From positions 1 through 43,317 of the forward strand of contig JAUCBJ010005372.1 in the NCBI GenBank assembly GCA_032718475.1: a DNA stretch of 43,317 bases, written 5' to 3'. The notes under the pieces are model-generated. The model ran no database searches, had not been told where the DNA came from, and saw only the letters and a list, made by a program, of their open reading frames with translations. This DNA comes from Nemertoderma westbladi. Lineage: Eukaryota > Animalia > Xenacoelomorpha. Made by a program: the position numbers and the translations under genes. Below, piece by piece: positions 33,984-43,317 of the stretch (the first letter of the stretch is position 1; every line of letters begins with the position of its first letter).

Positions 33984-35261
33984 CCCTATTACCACTGGGG
34001 GGGGGGGGGGGGGGGGGGGAATCGGCCCCTTTCTAGTTTTTAATTGCTGTATCTATGCAACCACACTATGTACCAGCCCAATTTTTTACGATAATTAGTC
34101 AAATTTAATGGCACATCTTTTGCAAAAACTGTGTGGCAATTAGATATCAACTTTTCGATGTGGGTGCCACCTCAAAATTTGGTCCCCAGCAGAAATCTTT
34201 TTTGAAATTTTTTAATTTTACAGGGTGATTTGTGAGTTAGTAATTATTTATGTTGGGGCTTTTTTTTTATTGATTCTGATTCGTATGGAGCACTGTAGTA
34301 CTCTATATAAGTATGTAAGGGAAGTGGTACTTTATTTTTGGTGCACTAAAATTAGGGCGTGGCAGCGTGGCACTTCAAATTTTCAAAATTGCAATATTCG
34401 TTAAATACTCCGAAGTTTTGATTTTCAACGCATTTTTATGGGTTTTCAGGCCCGCTTAATCGATTAAAAGTAATATAGAAGACTCAATTCTTAGTGGTAC
34501 ATCATTTTTGGTGCACCAAAATTAGGGCATGGCAAGTAGGCTTACTTCAAATTGTCAAAATTACGATATTCAGAAAATACCGCAAGGTTTTCATTTCAAC
34601 CAATTTTTATAAGTTATCTGGACCGCTAAATCGATTGAAAGTAATATTGAAGCTTCAAGTCTTAGTGGTACGTCATTTTTGGTACACCACAATTAGGGCG
34701 TGGTACTTTTTCAAAATTGTAATAAGTGCCACTCCCAATTTGGGTGCACCAAAAATGCCGAACCGATCCACTAAGTCTTCAGGCTTCGATAATATTTTCA
34801 ATCGATTCAGCGGTCCAGAAAACCTATAAAAACGCGTTGAAATAAAAAGATAAGTGTATTTTCCGAATATCGTATTTTTCAAAATTTGAGGTGCCACGCA
34901 CACTTCTTAGGTGCACGAAAAATAGCATCCTGTTCCATTATCGGAAATGGAATATAATCACATTCGATTCAGCGTAGTAAAAAACCTACTAATGCTAGCC
35001 AACAATGCCACACTATACGTGTTTAGAATATCAAAAAAATGTATTTTTGTCCTGAGACTACTTTTATTTTTCATGTAAATTATTATACCCACTTTATGAA
35101 ATATTATTTTTTTGGATTAGAAAATGTTCTTCGATAATTTTTTCACCTACAGCCCAAATTTCGTAGGATTTTATTGGATGGTAACAAAAATACAGCGGGG
35201 GGGCCGAATCGACCCCCCGCCAGTGCTGCTAATGGTCTAAACACCCCTAGTGGTAATAGGG
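33984..35261. mobile_element. piggyBac-like non-autonomous element, TTAA TSD, TIR CCCTATTACCACT(G/A)GGGG
   Basis: TTAA|CCCTATTACCACTGGGG at 33980..34000 and CCCCTAGTGGTAATAGGG|TTAA at 35244..35265. Internal ~170-bp direct repeats (34320..34720) and an inverted copy (34727..34915). Confidence 0.85.
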
Positions 35262-35355
35262 TTAATAAAAAAAACCTGAACCTCACTGCCACAGTAGTGC
35301 TCACTTCCCATATCATAGCCAGGCCTACCGTATGCTACGGGAAACCCCGTCAATT

Positions 35356-35817
35356 CCCGTTTCCGCGCTGCTTATTTAATATGTGCGGTTTTCTGAGCTT
35401 TTTATTTCTTTTCTATTTGTTGGCTGTTTTTCAAGCTTTTTTATAGCTTTTTTTTAAGCTTGTTTCGCCTTTTCTGTATAAACGAATGTTCCAGAATTAG
35501 ATAGCCTACTTATACAGCAATTAATCCCAAAGCTAAAATTGATGCGCAAATATAATTTCTATAACATTCCTGCATTCCAATGCCATACACTAATTTATAC
35601 GTATGTAGAATCGTACAAATACACAATTTTATAGATTATTATGAAAACTATTAATTTAGACCTTTTATCAACAATAATACATTTTACTATTGTGGGAAAT
35701 GTTAATAAAATAATTATTGTACTTTGTGCGAGTTTCACCTTCACTCTCCATGTGGATAATGTAAGCCTCACATTCATAATCGTACAAAAAGCTCAAAAAA
35801 AGCAACGCGGAAACGGG
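35356..35817. mobile_element. Possible decayed MITE
   Basis: CCCGTTTCCGCGCTGCTTATTT pairs with AAAAAAGCAACGCGGAAACGGG; no clear TSD. Confidence 0.4.
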
Positions 35818-36600
35818 CCATAAGGTAGCACTTTAGTAATTGACCTACAGTGTTAGTACAGTGTGCACTGTGCGGTTCAACGGGTCCTGATAAAATCCGA
35901 AAATATATGCCCGGCAGCACAAATATCTCATATTAGTAATGGAATGGAATACTCACTGTATGTAATGTATAACATAACACATTGAAAGGGCAGAAGGGTA
36001 CACATTGCAATAATGCGAATGAATGCATGTCCGTTTAAACGAGGTGTAATATTTTAATTTTTCTATATTAGTAGTTTAGTAGATTGTAGGGCCTACTCTA
36101 TTATTTTATTATTGCTGGATTGCAAAACATATGGCGTGGTCGTCGATCTGGTTTCAATTATATCATATTAATTTATAAATAAAAATTGAAATTGTCTCAA
36201 TAACTTATTCAATTATTTTTCTTGTGCAACTTTCCGCCATTTTTTAAATTATAATAAAAATATTACTTAAAAAAATGAATAAGGTAAACAACTTTTTGTG
36301 GTCAATATCTAGGCACTAAATTCAAAGATCGAAACCGTTTTTCAGTTTTTAGTTAGATCAACTATTACAATTTCGGAGTTAGTTTATTTTAAGTGTATAC
36401 TGTCGACTGTGAAGCTATAAACACGTAGGCCTACATCTACAGTCAGACAGTAATTGCAAAATATGTGTTAATTAATAACTACTGTATTCTCTCTAATCTT
36501 TCTTAAACGAAGTATCTACATACATGTACAAGTCGATCGACGATCACGGCGTTTTCAATAAGTGGAAGCAGCAGCTTTGGTTTAGTAATCCTTCATTTGC

Positions 36601-37552
36601 TTTCCTTCATTTTGTAAAGTGACTGTTTATTGTTTTGGTTATAAAATCCCGCCTCTGTAACCTGCCCCTTTCCCTCAATTAGTTAAGTGATCGTTTATTG
36701 TTTTGGTTAGGAAATCCCGTCTCTGTAACCTGCTCCTTTCCCTGATTTGGTAAAGTGACTCTTTATTGTTTTGGTTATAAAATCCCGCCTCTGTAAACTG
36801 CTCCTTTCTCTCAATTGGTAATGTTATCGTTTATTGTTTTGGTTAGAAAATCCCGTCTCTGTAACCTGCTCCTTTCCCTGATTTGGTAAAGTGACTGCTT
36901 ATTGTTTTGGTTAGAAAATCCCGCCTCTGTAACCTGCTCCTTTCTCTCAATTGGTAATGTTATCGTTTATTGTTTTGGTTAGAAAATCCCGTCTCTGTAA
37001 CCTGCTCCTTTCCCTGACTTGGAAAAGTGACTGTTTATTGTTTTGGTTAGAAAATCCCGCCTCTGTAACCTGCCCCTTTCCCTCAATTAGTTAAGTGATC
37101 GTTTATTGTTTTGGTTAGGAAATCCCGCCTCTGTAACCTGCTCCTTTCTCTCAATTGGAAATGTTATCGTTTATTGTTTTGGTTAGAAAATCCCGTCTCT
37201 GTAACCTGCTCCTTTCCCTGATTTGGTAAAGTGACTGTTTATTGTTTTGGTTAGAAAATCCCGCCTCTGTAACCTGCTCCGTTTATTGTTTTGGTTAGAA
37301 AATCCCGTCTCTGTAACCTGCTCCTTTCCCTGACTTGGTAAAGTGACTGTTTATTGTCTTGGTTAGAAAATCCCGCCTCTGTAACCCGCTCCTTTCCCTC
37401 AATTAGTTAAATGATCGTTTATTGTTTTGGTTAGAAAGGCCCGCCTCTGTAACCTGCTCCTTTCCTTCATTTGGTAAAGTGACTGTTTATTGTTTTGGTT
37501 AGAAAATCCGGCCTTAACCTGCTCCTTTCCATCAATTGGTAATTGTTTTTGG
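36601..37552. repeat. 68-bp tandem repeat, about 14 copies, mostly alternating A/B subtypes (136-bp dimer)
   Basis: GTTTATTGTTTTGGTTAGAAAATCCCGYCTCTGTAACCTGCTCCTTT... recurs at 36625, 36693, 36761 and onward. Linkers alternate between TCAATTRGT..GWTATC/GATC and TGAYTTGGTAAAGTGACT. One unit near 37280 is shortened. Confidence 0.93.
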
Positions 37553-37992
37553 CTATAAAATGAGTGTTTTGCTACGTCATGTGGTAAATCGATTATCGAC
37601 AACAACCACAAACTATTAAATTTAGAGTCTTTTACCACACAGGCGCATATGGAAATCTATCTCATAGTCTATAAATCATGGAATCATGGAATGTTTTGGC
37701 ACAGGCATAGTGAAACCAACTGTCCGACAGACCAGAAATCAACAAATTTTAAATGTTTTGGCATAGGCATGTTGAAATCAACTGTCTGGCAGTCCAGAAA
37801 TCAGCAGTCTGACAGTTTGAAGAAATACATACATAAAAAGTCATTAAAGGGACAACAAAAGTCATTATGCACAATTCGTAAAAAAAGGAGGACAAAAAAG
37901 TCAAATAAAAGGACATAAAAAATCACTGCCTATTTACTGTAGCAAAATACTCCTTTCCTAACCAAAAACAATTAATAATTGAGGGAAAGGTG

Positions 37993-40587
37993 GGGTAAAT
38001 CTTTTCGACCTACGCGTAGGCCTACGCGTAGCTATGTTGCGTAGTTCGCAACATTTGGTCATATATCACCAGTTTCATAGTTTTAACATTAACTACGCGT
38101 AGCTACGCGTAGGTCCTACGCGACCTACGCGTAGGTGCTACGTATAACTATGCCTATACGTCATTTATCATTAGTAGGCCTACGTATTCCAAGCGGTTCA
38201 GTACTAAAATAAGACACGTTCGTGGGGACTTCGCGCAGCACGAGGCCTAGTTATTATATACAAATTAAAATGCAGCGACTGTATCACAAAATCAGGTTTT
38301 GAGAAATTTACCCACACCACCAATCAATCAAAGAAAGGTGGACAGTACGTGTTCACCCCTTTTAATCTCCCCCCCCCCCCCCCCCCCACCCTTCCCAACC
38401 ACCAATACATAACCGCGACATCTACCACCCACGGAAGGGTAGCACGAACTTATTTCCAATCGCACGTTAAATATGCAAAGCCAGGTGGTTTATAGGAATA
38501 TAATAAACGCAGTACTCGTTTTCATTATAAGCCTCTTTGCGTTCGTCCTGTTTTGTATTTAAATATATTTCTTAAACGCAAGCTAGGACGATCTTTATAA
38601 TAATAATAACTAGGGATGCGATCAATATGTGAAGCCAGGTGGTTTATATAATAATTTAGTCAACGCAGTACTCGTCTTCATTATATGCCTCGTTGCGCTC
38701 GTCGCTTGTCCTGTTTTGTCATAAAATATTTTTCCTAAACGCAGACTGACGATCTTTATACAGTTATAAATATGCGAAGTTTCGAAACTGTGCGAGTAAC
38801 TGTTGATACATCTATGTGGAGATGTGTGATATGTGGAGATGTGTGATACAACGCCAACGCATCTTATGCCGATGTAGTAATATGGGTATTGAAATAATAT
38901 TAAATCAATGTACACTCTTAAAGCTGCAGCGAAAAAATGTAGCTAATTTCCTAGGTTACATATAAAATAATAATATTATTTTTAAGAACATTAATTTTAC
39001 TACTTTGCAAAAATTCAATTAAAAAATAACCAGACATATACATTGTGGAATAAACTATTTCAGAAGCCTACAACAGCCATGCCATGGATTGTATTTATGT
39101 TATTATATCTGTCATTTAACTGAGATAGCAATAGTAGTAATAGTCGAACGGTTATGCGGCCCGTCCAGCCTATAATAAACACAATTCAGTGATTGGGCTG
39201 GAATAGCAATACTGGTTGCCTCTATTACAATTCCTCTCAGGTTAGTCTACAGCCACAACTCCCAGCAGCTAGCTCCACACCAGCAGAGACTTGACCAATA
39301 ATGGGAAGGATTAAATTTGTACTCAATAATTGTGCGGTTTAATTACGTTTAGATCAATTAAAGACACATTTATTAAAGCAAATCACTTAAACTAATTAAA
39401 AACTATAATAGAATGGCGTATGGGGATTATATCTGTATAATTTTTAAGTATAATTATTTAAATCTTATACTGTAAAACAATTAATTTCCTTTAAAAGGCA
39501 GGTTGAAAATGGCGTTTTCACCGCAATCAACTTAATTAACTAATTAACTGCTATTATCTTAGCTTCTCGAAGGCCACACGGAAATTCTACTTGGAAAATT
39601 TCTAAACTTTTGCCAAACAACATGTGTACCAAGTTTGGATAGATTTCATCAAAGATTGGCCGAGTTATTAACGTTTAAAATTGAACACGACAGAACGACA
39701 GGTTGATTAATGGTACCACTACGCTAAGGCTCACTCACTTCGTGGCTCGCCCCACAATACGGTACTGTATGTTCAATAAACAAACCACAACCATCAAATG
39801 CTTTCAACAGTAATGCATCCTATACCTGTATACTCTATATAGAGGAATACGCTAAGACTACATATTCTTCACTTCATGGGTTGCGGGTGCTAAAATGTGT
39901 TACCGGTAATAATGTTTAGAGTTCAAAAATAGCTTACAAAGGAAATAGGCCGATGGTTCTTCGATTCTCTATGCTTTTTATTGCCTTTGTTCACGATAGG
40001 GCAAGGATATATTTAATATGTTAACCCCTTGAAAAGGGAAGGGGGAGACTAAATTGTCTACCATGATTGGTTGCACTTGTTATTCGACCAAACAATTGAA
40101 TTATATGCAGTATTTATCCGCTTTCGCTTAACCACTTCACCGGTAGATTGGTAGCTTACTACTGTAGAATATTTAAATAATCAAATGGAAACAAAGATAC
40201 TTGAATCATGAGACGTGAATTTTAAGTCTACTTTTTATTCATTCTGTGTTTGTATGTGAAAGAGCCGAACATTATTTATTACCAGTGCTGTATGTAGAGA
40301 TATGAGTTTCCGATTCTGTTATTCCTTGTCTGATAATCAGATACCTGACATATGCCGATACCTGCCTAACAACTCAACCCTACCGGACCTGAAATGAAAA
40401 ATCATTGTTATCAGTACTGCTACATACCTACGCGTAGTTCCAAAATAACTACGCGTAGTTTTAAAACACCTACGCGTAGTTGTTAAAAAGGCAGTAAGTC
40501 TGGCCCTACCGGTAAATGACAGGAATGGAAGTTACAAACTACGCGTAGCTACGCGTAGGCCTACGCGTAGGTCGAAAAGATTTACCC
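37993..40587. mobile_element. 2.6-kb non-autonomous Mutator-like element, TIR GGGTAAATCTTTTCGACCTACGCGTAGGCCTACGCGTAGCTA, 9-bp TSD GGAAAGGTG
   Basis: TIRs match at both ends; GGAAAGGTG at 37984..37992 and 40588..40596. Clustered subterminal TACGCGTA palindromes. No transposase ORF inside. Confidence 0.88.
38470..38760. repeat. Imperfect ~130-bp direct duplication inside the 2.6-kb element
   Basis: AATATG..AAGCCAGGTGGTTTATA...AACGCAGTACTCGT...GACGATCTTTATA at about 38470..38598 and 38624..38760. Confidence 0.8.
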
Positions 40588-42679
40588 GGAAAGGTGCAGG
40601 GCAGGTTACAGATGCTCTATACTGATACCGGTACTGATAATCTAAGAGTACAGCAGTATAAATACCGGTAGCATATGGAACCTAAAATCGCAAATTTCCG
40701 CAGACTTAAAAAGTCAAAATCAGCGGACATAATGAAGGGCCAATGATTTCAACGGACGAGAAAATTTATTATGAACAAAATCCATTTTGCAACATGATAT
40801 GTACCTTGACTTTTCAAACCGGCCATATGCTATGCATGTTAAGATATAGCGAAGCGATATAAAGTTAGGCTCAGACATCGATAGAACTACTGATACAACT
40901 AAACTCTACCTACTGTACATTAATGTAGTACAATCCGTTGCAGTCGTGTTTCGTGTTTGTTGTAACATCATACTGGAAAATACTTTAGTCCGGGTACTAT
41001 ATACTCGGTGGCAGAGTGCATAATGTAGAAGTTGCCTGGCTGAGGGTTATCTACCGCAATGACGACTAATCGTATGCAGTGTTGACCTTTTACAGCATGT
41101 ACCGGTACAAAGCAGCAGTGTTGGTATTTTGGTTTTGGTTTTGTAATTAATTAATTAAATTATACAATCTTAGGTGTAGGTCTACTATAACTATTTACAG
41201 CATTGTGTGCAAAGTAGCATATTGCAGCGTTATGACCCGAGTTTATTTATGTGTCTTCTGTCTTACTGTGTCTTCTATAGGACGCATGGAATAAAGTCTT
41301 ACACGTTAAACAATTATTTACATACAGTACTGTAGCTAGTCCCGTAACTTCAAACTGGACGCACGCGTTATGCAAACACGTGCTGTTTTATTAAATAAAG
41401 AAGCACGCATTAATATAAATGGAAATAATACATTCTGGAATACGGTATTTGAAGTTGTTTCCATGTTATTGATTACTTTGCAGCGTTCCGTCCTATAGAC
41501 CGCAACGCTGTAAAGTAGTACTTTGCAGCGTTACGAGTAATTCACCAGAACGCTGTTAAGTTGACAGAATGTAAGAAAATATATTTGAGCGCGCGTATTT
41601 TATCAGGACTCGTGATCAACAACTGATTGATTACTACTGTATAAACTGTAGAAATTCTAAAATTGTCTCTCAATGCATAAATTCAATAAATTTGCTAACC
41701 CGGTAATAATAATTACAGTATTATTCCCTCCCTCCAAATTCACTATAACAATAACTACTGTATGTAGGTGCAGGTAGAATGTTGAGTAAATTTGGAATTT
41801 ATATTCCTTGAATATATGCATTTGGGATATGGTATATTTATTTGGCACAAATCACCAAAGGGTTAATAGGCCTAAAGTACATATTAGGATTATCGGTATA
41901 ATTGTTATACCCAACACATATTAGTGAATGATACATTTACAAGGTTGCATTGTCCAAATAAGAAACATGTCCAGCACGCAAAGAGTTTCACAAACTCATT
42001 AACGAACCAGACAGAGTCGCATGGAAACATTATTGGTTGTTGGGCAAGGGAAGAGTAAAGAGATATACAACGCGGTGTCCGGACAATTGCGACCCGGGCA
42101 ATTGTAACCCATGATTTTATTAAATTTTTTGCTGGGTCGAAATTGTACGGGTAGCTAGCAAATTTAAATTACTGTTTAGCTACATTTTAATATAGTGACT
42201 ACATTATTCGCAACGTTATATTCTGGAATGCTTTTTATATTAATTTTACTAATTAATTATTGTATTATAATTACAGTAGCTACATTTAATTACAGTAGCT
42301 ACATTCGAACAAAAGGGAGCGGTTGGCCCTACATTATTGACAAATATATATTCTGGAATGCTTAGAATTACAATTAATTGTATTGGCGCCTACGTACACC
42401 ATGTCCTGGAATATAGTGTCGTTATTCAGGTAACTGCCCCCCCCCCCCCCCCCCCCCCCCAAAAAAAATTATACAAATCGTGATGAGAATGCATAAAATT
42501 TGAAACAGAGATAGTTTCACCTCCCTCCTCCTCCGTGGGTGGGTGAGCCAGAATTTTTATTTTTGCTTTCTATCTTAAGCTCAAGTATTTGAAAAAGGTG
42601 TCTCCGGCGATATTTCACAGGTCACAGTGCAAGAATTCTTCAACCTTATAGTGATTTGATGGTACTAATAGTAAGCCGC

Positions 42680-42930
42680 CCATGCAAGGATTCCAAATAT
42701 GTAAAAAATATTTGAATTTGGTTGGGAAACACCTGAGATATGGGCATTCGAATGTTGCATGTATTTGCTTCCCCTGCAGGCCATTTATTCTATTTAATTA
42801 ATGTACCATATTCTAGAACATTTTGTTTATTCCATACGTAGCTGGGCAACAATGCAATACCTCTTTAATTATACTATTTTTTCTAGAATGTGTTATTTAT
42901 TTTAAAAGTTGGTAAACAATGCGTTACATC
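42680..42930. mobile_element. Fragment related to the arm of the 26862..27581 foldback element
   Basis: Shares GCAAGGATTCCAAATATGTAA..ATAT.TGAATTT..TTG.GAAACA.CTGAGATAT and GCCATTTATTCTATTTAAT with about 27063..27176. Confidence 0.7.
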
Positions 42931-43317
42931 TTTAATCATACTATTAAGTATAGTATAATGAAACTAAATCAATTAGCACAATAATTAATTAGTAAGGACA
43001 CCAGACATTAACATTTCACCAAAGTTCCACTCAGTTTTTCCACCGCCGTTCCCCGTTCGTTCCACTTTACCAGCAACTTGGCCGGCAACTTTTAGAGCAA
43101 CTTGGCTAGTGGCTAGTTTGACTGTAAAATAGTGGGTCATTTTATCTACTAGCTAGTTTTTGATAATTTAATTTGATTATCCCGCTTTAATTCGCCAACG
43201 CAAATTCCTTCAAGTTGCCGAAAGGTTGAGGAACTTTTACGGCAACCTTTTTACGTGTTTACACGGAGCAACTTTATCGGAATCTGGGTTGCTCCACAAG
43301 TTGCCGAGAAAGTTGCT

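Noticed and set aside
43070-43317. Repeated GCAACTT/AAGTTGCC motifs at the right edge
   Set aside because: Probably part of a MITE cut by the window boundary; its ends and TSD cannot be determined.

Overview
AT-rich animal (invertebrate-like) genomic DNA, not prokaryotic. It holds four protein-coding genes. (1) An 11-coding-exon SR-protein kinase (SRPK) on the minus strand, reconstructed by hand as join(30237..29531, 25072..24869, 22349..22232, 16668..16504, 16399..16199, 16027..15901, 11197..10973, 10750..10535, 10305..10109, 9987..9825, 8956..8646) = 2634 nt / 877 aa. All introns are GT-AG with matching phases, and the model has an unusual 235-aa first exon. (2, 3) Two genes with uninterrupted CDSs nested antisense in SRPK introns: the spliceosomal factor RBM22 (14454..15755) and the mitochondrial dioxygenase ALKBH7 (17035..17772). 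Three SRPK exons sit in the 1.3 kb between them. (4) The first coding exon of tyrosine hydroxylase (595..70, minus), which the ORF track misses. The remainder is a decayed CR1/L2-type LINE, an RTE-like fragment, tRNA-derived SINE-like pieces, several non-autonomous DNA transposons with readable TIRs and target-site duplications (9-bp, 5-bp, TTAA), and large minisatellites (21, 20, 29, 37 and 68 bp) that generate most of the long spurious ORFs. The most notable items are the interleaved SRPK/RBM22/ALKBH7 locus, a CCAAT-rich MITE directly upstream of RBM22, the SRPK N-terminal exon, nested CAGT-ended elements with 5-bp TSDs, and strong enrichment of TACCGGTA. All calls are by eye; no database searches were run.
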